64,000 nt of DNA from an uncultured Eubacteriales bacterium (GTDB taxonomy: Bacteria; Bacillota; Clostridia; Oscillospirales; Acutalibacteraceae), in assembly GCA_934436505.1 (NCBI GenBank), contig CAKSAP010000001.1, positions 147,347-211,346 of the forward strand. Direction: 5' to 3'. The translations under genes were made by a program, and so were the position numbers. Below the pieces are notes generated by a model, which was not told the origin of the DNA, searched no databases, and worked only from the letters and a program-made list of their open reading frames with translations. This document shows positions 13,753-23,707 of this stretch, piece after piece. The first letter of the stretch is position 1. The number at the start of each line of letters is the position of its first letter.

Positions 13753-14853
13753 TTATTTTAATTTTACGGGGAGAACAAGGAATAAGAAACTGTCTCCCTC
13801 TTTCGGAACAATAATTATGGGCTGAATGGGACTGCTGAGCTTAATAACAACCTCGTCTGTATCGCAAACCTTTAATGCGTCAAGCAAAAATCTGTTATTA
13901 AAGCCGATTTCAATTTTTTCTCCCTCAATTTTTGCGGGAATTTTATCGTTTGCAGTACCCAAAGAAGTAATTGACGAGGTCTTGATCATATCCTCATCAA
14001 AGATACATCTGATAGGGCTCTTTGCTCTGTCGGTAATCATAAGAGAAGTTCTTTCAATACAGCTGATAAGCATTCTTGTATTGACTTCAACCTTTGTATT
14101 TTCATTTATTGCAATAGCTGATTTATAATTCAAAAATTCGCCGTCAAGAAGTCTTGAAACAATAAGATAGCTTCCGATTTCAAAAACAATATGTCTTTTT
14201 CCGATATTCAATGAAATTGCCACATCATCATTTACGATAAGCTTCATAATTTCATTAAGAGTCTTTTTCGGAACAACAAAAATCTGCTCGTCGCCCTGGT
14301 AATCGATAGCTTCATTTCTGATAGCCAGTCTAAAGCCGTCAACTGCAACAAGACGAATAAGAGAATTTCCTATTTCAAATCTTACGCCCGTATGAACTAC
14401 CTTTGTGTCATTTTCCGCAGTCGCAAAAATTGTTTTTCTTATCATATCCTTGAGAATACCGCCCTTTACAACAATCGGGAAGCTGCTGTTTACAGACGGA
14501 AGCTCCGGATATTCCTGTGCGTTAATTCCTATAAGTGAAAACTCGGAATCTCCGCTTTTTATTTTTGTTGTCATTCTTTCATCAGATTCAATTCTAACAG
14601 TCTGTGAGGGAAGATTTCTTAAAATGTCGCAGAGAATTTTAGCATTCAGAATAATGCTTCCCTGCTCTTCAACCTTTGCCTCAACAGAGGTTATTACGCC
14701 AACCTCCAAATCATAGCCGGTAACGGTAACCGAATTGTCAGCCGTTGTAAGCAAAATACCCTCAATTGCGGGTATCGTTGATTTGCTTGAAACAGAGCGC
14801 TGAATATTTGAACATATTTCTGAGAATTTTTGAGTGTCGCAAACGAATTTCAT
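13753..14853 (-). CDS. dnaN: DNA polymerase III beta sliding clamp
   Basis: About 366 aa clamp. Start set at MKFVCDTQ, which has a GGAAAGGA RBS, not the upstream in-frame Met at 14874. Confidence 0.95.
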   Translation of the reverse strand: MKFVCDTQKFSEICSNIQRSVSSKSTIPAIEGILLTTADNSVTVTGYDLEVGVITSVEAKVEEQGSIILNAKILCDILRNLPSQTVRIESDERMTTKIKSGDSEFSLIGINAQEYPELPSVNSSFPIVVKGGILKDMIRKTIFATAENDTKVVHTGVRFEIGNSLIRLVAVDGFRLAIRNEAIDYQGDEQIFVVPKKTLNEIMKLIVNDDVAISLNIGKRHIVFEIGSYLIVSRLLDGEFLNYKSAIAINENTKVEVNTRMLISCIERTSLMITDRAKSPIRCIFDEDMIKTSSITSLGTANDKIPAKIEGEKIEIGFNNRFLLDALKVCDTDEVVIKLSSPIQPIIIVPKEGDSFLFLVLPVKLK

Positions 14854-14874
14854 ATTTTTTTCCTTTCCAAACAT

Positions 14875-15081
14875 AAGATATATTTTAATAAAAGAGTATT
14901 ATCAGTAGGGGGTGTCGAAATTTAACAAAACCGATAAATTTATTGATTTTTCAATAAATTTTTTCTGTTTTTCAATGTTGAAAAATTTTCTAAAAAAAAA
15001 AAGAATTGAACATAAAATCTAAGATAATTTTTAACTGTTCAAAAACGAGGTGTTCAAAACTAAAACTTGTCGAAAACTTTA
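14875..15081. promoter_or_regulatory. dnaA-dnaN intergenic region, candidate second half of a bipartite oriC (DUE/incC-like)
   Basis: 207-bp AT-rich spacer. Degenerate DnaA-box-like 9-mers (rc TTTTCAACA at 14976-84; rc TTTTGAACA at 15037-45 and 15051-59) plus TTATCAGTA. Two perfect TGTCGAA Spo0A-box motifs at 14913-19 and 15068-74. Confidence 0.4.
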
Positions 15082-16401
15082 TCAATAATCCTTGACGTTT
15101 TTAATTATATCCTCGACGGTCTTTTTGAATTGAAAATCATCATCCATCATAGTTCTGACTTTATCAATAGAATGTTTAACCGTTGAATGAGTTTTTCCGC
15201 CGAAGTATTTGCCTATATCCTCAAGAGACATTCCCGTAATTTCTCTTATGATATACATTGAAATCTGCCTTGCGTCCTTAATGTTTTTATCACGCTTGTC
15301 CGACATAATGTTTTCAACGGATATTCCGTATGTATTGCCGACGGTTTCGGTAATTTTTGAATTTATAACCGAAATAGGCTGATTATATGTGGTAAGCTCC
15401 TTTATAGCTTCCTTTGCAATATCAAGCGTCGGCTTCACATTTGACAAAAGACAAAGCGATTTGATTTTCTTAACCGCACTTTCAAGCTGTCGAACGTTAT
15501 TTTTTACCTCTTGCGCAAAAAATTCGACTATTTCATCGGGAATTGAAAAATCATACTGTTCAGCCTTATTTTTTATAATTGCCATTCTCGTTTCAAAATC
15601 CGGCGGCTGAATATCAACCATAAGACCCCATTCAAATCTTGTTTTAAGCCTTTCCTGCAAAATTTGAATTTCATTCGGAGACCTATCTGAAGTCATAACG
15701 ATTTGTTTTCCGTATTCCGTTAATTCGTTAAAGGTGTGGAAAAATTCCTCTTCCGTCTGTTCCTTTTGAGCGATAAACTGAATGTCATCCATCAAAAGAG
15801 CGTCGCAGTTACGGTATTTTTCACGGAATTCATACATTGTCTTGTTTCTCAAATGATAAACAAGGTCGTTTGTAAAATTCTCACTTGTGATATAAATTAT
15901 TTTAGCCTCGGGATTTCTTGATTTCATTTCATTCTCAATAGCCTTGAGAAGGTGAGTTTTACCGAGTCCCGATTTTCCGTAAATATAAAGCGGATTATAA
16001 GATTTACCCGGTTCCTCCGCAACTTTTTTCGCCGCCGCATAGGCATAGTTATTTGATTTACCTACAACAAAGTTATCAAAGTTATCTCCGAGAGTTCTCA
16101 AGGAAGCTCCGCTGTCGTTTGCCTTTTGCTCAACCTTTTCGTCCGTAAGCTGCTCAAGCGTAAATTCAATTTCAACATTGAAGCCGATTACCTCATTAAA
16201 GGCGTTATTGATAAGCTCCGAATATTTTTTTTCGATTATCGGAAATAAAAAATTATTGTTAATACTCAATACAGCCTTTTGTCCGTCGAATGATTTAAGC
16301 GTTATCGGAGTAAACCAAAGCTTGAAGGCTTCCGAATTGACATTATATTTTTCTTTCGCACATTCGCAGACGGCATTCCACATATCGTTTAACGAATCCA
16401 T
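15082..16401 (-). CDS. dnaA: chromosomal replication initiator protein DnaA
   Basis: 439 aa, AAA+ Walker A GKSGLGKTHLL, C-terminal DnaA-box-binding HTH. Confidence 0.97.
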   Translation of the reverse strand: MDSLNDMWNAVCECAKEKYNVNSEAFKLWFTPITLKSFDGQKAVLSINNNFLFPIIEKKYSELINNAFNEVIGFNVEIEFTLEQLTDEKVEQKANDSGASLRTLGDNFDNFVVGKSNNYAYAAAKKVAEEPGKSYNPLYIYGKSGLGKTHLLKAIENEMKSRNPEAKIIYITSENFTNDLVYHLRNKTMYEFREKYRNCDALLMDDIQFIAQKEQTEEEFFHTFNELTEYGKQIVMTSDRSPNEIQILQERLKTRFEWGLMVDIQPPDFETRMAIIKNKAEQYDFSIPDEIVEFFAQEVKNNVRQLESAVKKIKSLCLLSNVKPTLDIAKEAIKELTTYNQPISVINSKITETVGNTYGISVENIMSDKRDKNIKDARQISMYIIREITGMSLEDIGKYFGGKTHSTVKHSIDKVRTMMDDDFQFKKTVEDIIKNVKDY

Positions 16402-16765
16402 AAATATTGTCTCCCGTAATAATAATTCAATTAAAACACGTTATTTTATGTTTTATAGGTTTTTAATAAAAAAGTCCTAAAAATATATAAAACGTAAATA
16501 TAAGCCTAAAATGACCATAATATAGCAAATATCATTTTAACACACCTATTAAATTTTTTCAATAGCTTATATAATAGTTTTAATTTATATATTATTATAA
16601 ATATATATATAAAAGACAAAAATAAAAATTTTTTTATTTTTTTTCGCAGATTTTTTTGTTTTTTACGCATTTTTGATTTCTTTGACACAACATTTTGTCT
16701 TGAAAATTATTTTTTACACAACAAATAGTTGAAAATAAGAAAAAACTCTAATATTTGCTTAAATC
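16402..16765. promoter_or_regulatory. rpmH-dnaA intergenic oriC region (AT-rich, DnaA-box-like motifs)
   Basis: About 75% AT. TTTTACACA at 16712-20 fits the relaxed DnaA box TTWTNCACA. Near-boxes TTTGACACA (16681-89) and TTTAACACA (16547-55). A long poly-A/T run at 16590-16650 could be a DUE. This is the canonical Firmicute oriC position. Confidence 0.5.
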
Positions 16766-16794
16766 TTGACTTTTTTATGTCATTTAGTTATAAT
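16766..16794 (+). promoter_or_regulatory. consensus sigma-A promoter for rpmH-rnpA
   Basis: TTGACT at 16766-71, a 17-nt spacer, TATAAT at 16789-94, and a GGAGG RBS before the ATG at 16838. Confidence 0.65.
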
Positions 16795-16837
16795 ATCTTT
16801 CCGCAGATTATTTTTGTAATGAAACGGAGGTATAACG

Positions 16838-16972
16838 ATGAAAAGAACATATCAGCCGAAAAAGCGTCATCGTCAGATGGAACACGGTTTCCGTAAGAGA
16901 ATGTCAACAAGAAACGGCAGAAAAGTACTTGCTCGCCGCAGAGCAAAGGGCAGAAAGCAGTTGTCCTACTAA
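16838..16972 (+). CDS. rpmH: 50S ribosomal protein L34
   Basis: Hand-translated to [44 protein letters not shown], 44 aa. Too short for the supplied ORF track. Confidence 0.92.
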   Translation: MKRTYQPKKRHRQMEHGFRKRMSTRNGRKVLARRRAKGRKQLSY

Positions 16973-16984
16973 TAGGTAAATAAT

Positions 16985-17317
16985 TTGAGTACGGTAACCT
17001 TAAATCGTAATTGTGATTTCAGACGCCTCTATTACAGGGGCAGATCCTATACAAATCCTGCACTGGTTGTTTATTTTAAAAAAAGCGGTGCGGGAATTTG
17101 TCGTATAGGAATAACCGTAAGTAAAAAAATCGGATGTGCGGTTGAAAGAAACCGCTGTAAAAGGATTATCAGAGCTGCTTGGCGCAGTGTTGAGCCTGAA
17201 ATTAAAGGCTCGTATGATATTGTTTTTGTTGCAAGAACTAAAACCAAATATCTCAAAAGTACGGATATTCAAGAAATTATGCTTGATATGTTTAACCAAG
17301 CGGGTATACTTAAATGA
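16985..17317 (+). CDS. rnpA: ribonuclease P protein component
   Basis: 110 aa basic protein immediately after rpmH. TTG start as given by the ORF track; the exact start is uncertain. Confidence 0.88.
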   Translation: MSTVTLNRNCDFRRLYYRGRSYTNPALVVYFKKSGAGICRIGITVSKKIGCAVERNRCKRIIRAAWRSVEPEIKGSYDIVFVARTKTKYLKSTDIQEIMLDMFNQAGILK

Positions 17318-17541
17318 AAAAGGCCATTATTAAAATAATAAGGTTTTATCAGAAAAAAATTTCTCCGCTTTTTCCGCCGAGATGCAGGTATTATCCTACT
17401 TGCTCACAATATGCGGTCACGGCAATCGAAAGATTTGGTATTATCAAGGGCGGTTTGTTGACAGTAGGTCGTCTTATGAGGTGCAATCCTCTTTTCCCGG
17501 GCGGAATTGACCCCGTTCCGGAAAAGAAAAACAAAAAATAA
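17314..17541 (+). CDS. yidD: membrane protein insertion efficiency factor YidD
   Basis: 75 aa with a YPTCSQY motif. Overlaps rnpA by 4 nt. Confidence 0.85.
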   Translation: MKKAIIKIIRFYQKKISPLFPPRCRYYPTCSQYAVTAIERFGIIKGGLLTVGRLMRCNPLFPGGIDPVPEKKNKK

Positions 17542-17580
17542 GAAAATAAAATGCCCGGCATTTTGTTCGGAGGAACATAA

Positions 17581-18540
17581 ATGAGTAACTTTTTGAACGG
17601 ATTATATGAAATATTGGGAGTCCCCTTCGGATTCGTTATTTCAATATTTTATGCATTAAGCGGAAACTATCTTGTTTCTATATTTTGGTTGATGGTTATT
17701 GTTAAGCTTTGCCTGCTTCCCTCTTCAATTAAGCAGCAGAAGAGTATTGCTATGCAGCAGCGTCTTCAGCCGAAGCTCAGAAGATTGAGAGAAAAATACG
17801 GCAACGACCAACAGCGTCTCCAAAAGGAAACACAGGAGCTTTATCAGCGTGAGGGCTTTAACGCTATGGGCGGCGGATGTCTCCCGATGCTTATTCAGTT
17901 CCCTGTTATGATTGGTCTTTACCAGGTTAACTATCATCCTTTCTCAATGGTTTTGAGAATACCCTCGGCAGTTGTTGCTTCACTTAAGGAAGCGGTTATG
18001 CCGTTTTTGACAGAAACAGAAGCTAAATCAGCTTTCAGAATTGAACTCTATGCTTTACAGCATTGGGATAAAATTGACAAGAGTGCAATAAACGGTCTTA
18101 CACCCGAGCTTATAAACAAAATCCAATTGTTTATGTCAAAATTCAGCTTTATGGGACTTGACCTTGCACACACTCCGGATTTCAAAACCTTTGACGCATA
18201 TTGGGCAATCCCGATAATCACAGGTATCATTGCTCTTGCTATGAGCATTTATTCGCTTATCCGTCAGAGAAAGACTAATCCCGAAATGGCAAAAAATCCT
18301 CAAATGGGCTGTATGATGCTCTTCACACCCGCAATGCAGATTTATTTTGCCTTCCTTTTCCCGACAAGCGTCGGCATCTATATCATTATGTCTTCGGCAA
18401 TTTCGTTCTTGCAGATGATTGTTCTTAACCATTTGTACGAACCGAAAAAGGTACTTGCAAGGGCTATGGTTGATGAGACGATTTACCGTCGCTCCAAGGA
18501 AAACAACACTAAAAAAATCAAAGAAGCAGAAGATAAATAA
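17581..18540 (+). CDS. yidC: YidC/Oxa1-family membrane insertase
   Basis: 319 aa, polytopic, 60-kDa inner-membrane-protein family at the conserved position. Confidence 0.9.
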   Translation: MSNFLNGLYEILGVPFGFVISIFYALSGNYLVSIFWLMVIVKLCLLPSSIKQQKSIAMQQRLQPKLRRLREKYGNDQQRLQKETQELYQREGFNAMGGGCLPMLIQFPVMIGLYQVNYHPFSMVLRIPSAVVASLKEAVMPFLTETEAKSAFRIELYALQHWDKIDKSAINGLTPELINKIQLFMSKFSFMGLDLAHTPDFKTFDAYWAIPIITGIIALAMSIYSLIRQRKTNPEMAKNPQMGCMMLFTPAMQIYFAFLFPTSVGIYIIMSSAISFLQMIVLNHLYEPKKVLARAMVDETIYRRSKENNTKKIKEAEDK

Positions 18541-18562
18541 TTAAAATATAAGGTGTTCAGTT

Positions 18563-19528
18563 ATGATTAAAGAATGTATTAAAAAAGCTCCCACCGTTGA
18601 AGAAGCAAAGAATTTGGCTTTGCTTGAATTGGGACTTTCTGAATTCGACGAGTATAAAATCGAAGTTCTTAAAATGCCCGAAAAAAAGAAATTGTTCGGA
18701 CTTCTCGGCGGTGCGCCCGCAGAGGTAAAAATTACTGTTGAAGTACCGGATGAAATTAAAAAAGAAAAGCCGACTAATAAAAAAGAAACAGCTAAAAAGG
18801 AAGCAAGTTCAAAGCCTGCTCCCGAAAAAAAGACTGTTGCAAAGGTTGAAAAGAGAGAGTCTGTCGCTGAAATTCTCGCAGAGAAGAAAGCAACTCTCAA
18901 GCCTACACACGAGTATGATTCAACAGCGGAATATCTTAAATCGATTATTCTCGGTCTCGGTATGGAAAAATGCGAGATTGAGGTTTATGCAGACGACGAA
19001 GAAATTTCCTTCGAGCTTGATTGCGGCGACGATTACGGTATAGTTATCGGCAGAAGAGGCGAAACTCTTGACGCAATTCAGTACCTTGTAAGAATGGTTG
19101 CTAACAAGGGAATTTCAGGTTATAAGAGAGTATCTGTAAACGTCGGCAATTACCGTGAAAAGAGAGCTGATGTTCTTGTTTCTCTTGCAAAGAGAACGGC
19201 TGCCCGTGCAGTAAAGAGTGGCAGAAACATAACTCTTGAGCCGATGAATCCTTATGAGAGAAGAATTATTCATACCGCTGTTCAAGAGGTAAAGGGTGCA
19301 ACTTCTTTCTCAACGGGAACAGACCTTGACAGAAGAGTTGTAATTGCTCCCGAAAACGGCGGCAGAGGAAATTACGGTTACAGAGACAGAAACGACAGAG
19401 GTCGTTCAAGACGTCCCAAGAAGGAACCCTATGTTCCCGAGATTTCCGAAAACCGTGAAAAGAAAAACGATTGCTCGGGTGCATCTGTTTACGGAAAAAT
19501 CGAAGTTAAGAAAAACGACGAAGAATAA
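18563..19528 (+). CDS. jag: Jag/KhpB RNA-binding protein (KH plus R3H domains)
   Basis: 321 aa with an N-terminal Jag_N region, a K/E-rich linker, KH and a C-terminal R3H domain. Confidence 0.85.
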   Translation: MIKECIKKAPTVEEAKNLALLELGLSEFDEYKIEVLKMPEKKKLFGLLGGAPAEVKITVEVPDEIKKEKPTNKKETAKKEASSKPAPEKKTVAKVEKRESVAEILAEKKATLKPTHEYDSTAEYLKSIILGLGMEKCEIEVYADDEEISFELDCGDDYGIVIGRRGETLDAIQYLVRMVANKGISGYKRVSVNVGNYREKRADVLVSLAKRTAARAVKSGRNITLEPMNPYERRIIHTAVQEVKGATSFSTGTDLDRRVVIAPENGGRGNYGYRDRNDRGRSRRPKKEPYVPEISENREKKNDCSGASVYGKIEVKKNDEE

Positions 19529-19544
19529 GAGGGTTTTCCCTCGT

Positions 19545-19592
19545 GTGAAAATCGGGCGAGGACTTCCTCTCCCGATTTTATTATTTTAGAAG
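19545..19592 (+). terminator. terminator-like hairpin after jag
   Basis: AATCGGGCGAGGA...TCCTCTCCCGATT stem followed by TTATTATTTT. Confidence 0.4.
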
Positions 19593-19606
19593 AAAAGGGT
19601 GAAAAT

Positions 19607-20968
19607 ATGAGCACTATTGCCGCTATATCAACAGGACAAGCCGCAGGCGGTATCGGAGTGGTAAGAATTTCCGGCGAAAATGCCCTGTCTGTAGCCGATA
19701 GAATTTTCAAAACCGTATCAGGTATCAAATTAGAAAAACTGAGTGGCTACAAAGCGGCGTTTGGCAAGGTGTTTTTTGAAGAAAAATGCGTTGATGAGGC
19801 GGTAGCGCTCGTATTCAAAGCACCTAAAAGCTATACGGGCGAGGACGTTGTGGAAATTTCCTGTCACGGCGGCTTGCTTGTAACAAAACAGGTTTTAAGA
19901 GCTGCACTTGCGAACGGAGCTGTTCCGGCAGAGGCAGGAGAGTTTACGAAAAGAGCTTTCTTAAACGGCAAGATGGATTTGACAAGGGCAGAGTCTGTTA
20001 TGAACATCATCTCTGCAAAATCTGAACAGGCAAAATCCGCTGCACTGAACACACTTGACGGTGCTCTTTATAAAAAAATATCGGAGATTTCACTTTCATT
20101 AAAGAAAATAGCGGCTCAGATGGCAGCTTGGGTAGATTATCCCGACGAAGAAATTGACGATTTGTCAGATGAAAAATTAAAGACAACTCTTTTGACGGCA
20201 AAGGCGGAACTTGAAAAGCTTATTAAGAGCTTTGATGTAGGACAAATTATAATTGAGGGGGTTGAAACGGCAATAGTCGGAAAGCCGAACGTCGGAAAAT
20301 CAACCCTTATGAATCTTCTCTCAGGTTGCGAAAAATCGATTGTAACATCTGTCGCAGGCACAACAAGGGATATTGTCGAGGAAACTGTTACTTTAGGTAA
20401 CAACGTACTGAGGCTTGCCGATACCGCAGGACTTCACGATACAGAAGACACAGTTGAAAAAATCGGTGTTGACCGAACGAGGCAGAAGCTTGACAGAGCG
20501 TCGCTTGTACTTGCCGTTTTTGACTCTTCAACCGAGATTGACGACGAGGATATGGAAATTATTAAAATGTGCAACGGTAAAAATGCTGTTGCGATTATCA
20601 ATAAAACCGATCTTAATACGAATTTCAACGCTGAAAAAATCAACAAAAGCTTTGAAAGTGTCGTTTATTTATCTGCAAAAGACAGAAACGGAATTCAAGA
20701 GCTTGAAAAAGCAATCGAAAAAACTCTCGGAACTGCTGATTTTGACACGTCGGCGGCAACGTTGATGAACGAAAGACAGCTTGCTTGCTGCAAGGCTGCA
20801 TTGCAAAGCATTGACGAAGCAATTTCCGCACTTGAAATCGGAATGACAAGAGACGCTTTGAACGTGAATATTGATGTTGCGGTTGAAAGTCTTGACACTT
20901 TGACGGGAGAAAAAGCAACTGAAAGCGTAGTAAATGAAATTTTCTCGCAATTTTGCGTGGGAAAATAA
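19607..20968 (+). CDS. mnmE: tRNA uridine-5-carboxymethylaminomethyl modification GTPase MnmE
   Basis: 453 aa, G domain GKPNVGKST, C-terminal CVGK-like tail. Confidence 0.95.
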   Translation: MSTIAAISTGQAAGGIGVVRISGENALSVADRIFKTVSGIKLEKLSGYKAAFGKVFFEEKCVDEAVALVFKAPKSYTGEDVVEISCHGGLLVTKQVLRAALANGAVPAEAGEFTKRAFLNGKMDLTRAESVMNIISAKSEQAKSAALNTLDGALYKKISEISLSLKKIAAQMAAWVDYPDEEIDDLSDEKLKTTLLTAKAELEKLIKSFDVGQIIIEGVETAIVGKPNVGKSTLMNLLSGCEKSIVTSVAGTTRDIVEETVTLGNNVLRLADTAGLHDTEDTVEKIGVDRTRQKLDRASLVLAVFDSSTEIDDEDMEIIKMCNGKNAVAIINKTDLNTNFNAEKINKSFESVVYLSAKDRNGIQELEKAIEKTLGTADFDTSAATLMNERQLACCKAALQSIDEAISALEIGMTRDALNVNIDVAVESLDTLTGEKATESVVNEIFSQFCVGK

Positions 20969-20984
20969 TGTTTCACGTGAAACA
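20969..20984. promoter_or_regulatory. parS centromere-like site 1
   Basis: Perfect TGTTTCACGTGAAACA palindrome immediately after the mnmE stop. Confidence 0.8.
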
Positions 20985-21010
20985 AAACTGACTCAAACGG
21001 AGTTTTTTAT

Positions 21011-22882
21011 ATGGAATATTTTGCAAAAGAATATGATGTGGCGGTTATCGGCGCAGGTCACGCAGGAATTGAGGCTGCTCTTGCTTCGGCAAGACTCGGT
21101 GCGAAAACTGTAATTTTTGCCATAAATCTCGACTCGGTCGGAAATATGCCGTGCAATCCCTCTATCGGCGGCACCTCTAAGGGACACCTTGTGCGTGAAA
21201 TCGACGCTCTCGGCGGAGAAATGGGTAAGGCTGCCGACAAGACACAAATTCAAACGAGAATGTTAAACCGAGGAAAAGGTCCGGCGGTTCATTCTCTGCG
21301 TGCTCAAATAGACAGACGCGAATACTCAAAATATATGAAGCACGTTGTCGAGCTTCAGGAAAACCTTGACCTGAAGCAGGCAGAAATCATTGATTTGAAA
21401 CAGACTGACGACGGCTTATGGCAATTAAAAACCAAGCTCGAAGCAATTTACACGGCAAAAAGCGTTGTCCTTGCGACAGGAACATTTTTAGGCGGTAAAA
21501 TTTATATCGGCGAGGTTTCATATGAAAGCGGACCTGACGGAATGTTCCCGGCAACCGAACTGTCAAATTCGCTTAAAAAGCTCGGAATACCGTTGCGCAG
21601 ATTCAAAACAGGAACACCGTCAAGAGTAAACAGACGAAGCATTGACTTTTCCGTGCTTGAAAAGCAAGAGGGGGACGAAACCGAAACGCCGTTTTCTTTT
21701 GAAACAGAAAAGGCTGACGGAAACAAATCTTTTTGCTATATCGCATACACAAACGACGATACAAAGCAGGTAATTCTTGACAATTTGCACCGTTCTCCGT
21801 TATACAGCGGAAAAATCGAGGGCGTAGGACCGAGATATTGCCCGAGCTTCGAGGATAAAATTGTACGCTTTCCCGACAAGCTCCGCCACCAGTTCTTTAT
21901 TGAGCCGTGCGGTCTTGATACGGAAGAGCTTTATTTGCAGGGAATGTCCTCCTCCTTACCCGAGGATGTTCAGCTGAAGTTTTTGAGAACAATAAAAGGT
22001 CTTGAAAATGTCGAGGTTATGAGGACTGCATATGCGATCGAGTATGATTGTGTTGACCCGTTAGCGTTAAAGCCGAGCCTTGAATTCCTTGATTTATCGG
22101 GACTTTACGGAGCAGGACAGTTCAACGGCTCGTCGGGCTATGAGGAAGCGGCGGCGCAGGGCTTGATAGCAGGCATTAACGCTGCACGCAGGGCACAAGG
22201 CAAAGATGCGTTTATTCTTGACCGTGCATCCTCTTACATCGGCACGCTTATTGACGATCTTGTTACAAAGGGCTGTATGGACCCGTACAGAATGATGACC
22301 TCAAGGAGCGAATACCGACTTTTACTTCGTCAGGACAACGCAGATATAAGGCTCACACCCTACGGACACGAAATCGGACTGATAAGCGACGAGCGTTACC
22401 AAAAATTCCTTAATAAAATGCAGCTTATCAAGGATGAAATGAACAGAGCTGCTCAAACCACGATACACGTGTCGGAGGATTTGCAAAAGCTGCTTGTTTC
22501 ACGTGAAACAGCACCTATGAACAAAGGTATGAAGCTTATAGAGCTTATAAAACGTCCGCAGATAAGCTATGACGACCTTGCACCGTTCGATACCGAGCGT
22601 CCCGATTTGCCGCCTGAAATATTCGAGCAGGTGGAAATCGAGCTTAAATACGAGGGCTACATAAAGCGACAGCAGGCACAAATCAATGAAATGAGACGTC
22701 TTGAGGTTAAACTTTTACCGAAGGATATAGATTATAACGCAATCGACGGCTTGCGGCTTGAGGCAAGGGAAAAGCTGTCAAAAATCAGACCTCATTCCGT
22801 CGGACAGGCGTCGAGAATATCGGGAGTTTCGCCGTCGGATATATCGGTTTTACTTATCTATTTGGCAAAAATGGGGATTTAA
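21011..22882 (+). CDS. mnmG: tRNA uridine 5-carboxymethylaminomethyl modification enzyme MnmG
   Basis: 623 aa, FAD-binding GAGHAG N-terminus, GidA family. Confidence 0.95.
   Translation: MEYFAKEYDVAVIGAGHAGIEAALASARLGAKTVIFAINLDSVGNMPCNPSIGGTSKGHLVREIDALGGEMGKAADKTQIQTRMLNRGKGPAVHSLRAQIDRREYSKYMKHVVELQENLDLKQAEIIDLKQTDDGLWQLKTKLEAIYTAKSVVLATGTFLGGKIYIGEVSYESGPDGMFPATELSNSLKKLGIPLRRFKTGTPSRVNRRSIDFSVLEKQEGDETETPFSFETEKADGNKSFCYIAYTNDDTKQVILDNLHRSPLYSGKIEGVGPRYCPSFEDKIVRFPDKLRHQFFIEPCGLDTEELYLQGMSSSLPEDVQLKFLRTIKGLENVEVMRTAYAIEYDCVDPLALKPSLEFLDLSGLYGAGQFNGSSGYEEAAAQGLIAGINAARRAQGKDAFILDRASSYIGTLIDDLVTKGCMDPYRMMTSRSEYRLLLRQDNADIRLTPYGHEIGLISDERYQKFLNKMQLIKDEMNRAAQTTIHVSEDLQKLLVSRETAPMNKGMKLIELIKRPQISYDDLAPFDTERPDLPPEIFEQVEIELKYEGYIKRQQAQINEMRRLEVKLLPKDIDYNAIDGLRLEAREKLSKIRPHSVGQASRISGVSPSDISVLLIYLAKMGI
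22495..22510. promoter_or_regulatory. parS site 2, inside the mnmG coding sequence
   Basis: Perfect TGTTTCACGTGAAACA, encoding ...LVSRETA... within mnmG. Confidence 0.75.
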
Positions 22883-22884
22883 TT

Positions 22885-23598
22885 ATGTTGAACAAGGAAT
22901 TGCTATACGCTACAATTCAAAAATTTGGAGTTGAAATTGACGACAACGCATTTGAAAGGCTTGATAAGTATGCCGAAATGCTTGTTGAAACCAACAAAAG
23001 CTTTAACCTTACGGCAATAACCGAGCCTGACGATGTAACGGTCAAGCACTTTGCAGATTGCCTTGCGCTCTTCGGAAAGGTGGATATTCCCGAAAATTCG
23101 AAGCTTATCGACGTCGGAACGGGAGCAGGCTTCCCGGGTTTAGTGCTTTTGCTTACAAGACCCGATATAAAAATGACTTTTCTTGACTCTACAAAGAAAA
23201 AGCTGGGCTTTATTCAAAATGTGCTTGATGAAACAGGTGTAAAAGCGGAAATTGTTCACGCAAGGGCGGAGGAAGCAGGGCAAAATACGCAGTACCGTGA
23301 AAAATATGATTTCGCAACCGCAAGAGCTGTGGCAAATCTCATAAATCTTTCAGAATATTGCTTGCCATTTGTAAAGGTTGGCGGAGAATTTATCTCAATG
23401 AAGGCTGCGGCGTCCGACGATGAAATAAAATCGGCCAAAAATGCGATAGGAATACTCGGCGGAAAAATTAAAAACGATACAGTATTTGATTTGACCGAAG
23501 AAATGCCGAGGCGAATTATAGAAATTAAAAAGATTTCGCAAACTCCGACAAAGTATCCGAGACCTTCGGCAAAAATCGCAAAAAATCCAATAAAATAA
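22885..23598 (+). CDS. rsmG: 16S rRNA (guanine527-N7)-methyltransferase RsmG
   Basis: 237 aa SAM-dependent methyltransferase, GidB family, conserved position. Confidence 0.9.
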   Translation: MLNKELLYATIQKFGVEIDDNAFERLDKYAEMLVETNKSFNLTAITEPDDVTVKHFADCLALFGKVDIPENSKLIDVGTGAGFPGLVLLLTRPDIKMTFLDSTKKKLGFIQNVLDETGVKAEIVHARAEEAGQNTQYREKYDFATARAVANLINLSEYCLPFVKVGGEFISMKAAASDDEIKSAKNAIGILGGKIKNDTVFDLTEEMPRRIIEIKKISQTPTKYPRPSAKIAKNPIK

Positions 23599-23707
23599 TG
23601 GCGAAAGCCTTGAAACAGCGTTGATTTTTGACGAACGCTTTTTCTTTACAAACAGCCTCTGCGGTGCTATCCTTTAGACAAGGACAAGCGTTGCGGAGGT
23701 CTTTTTT

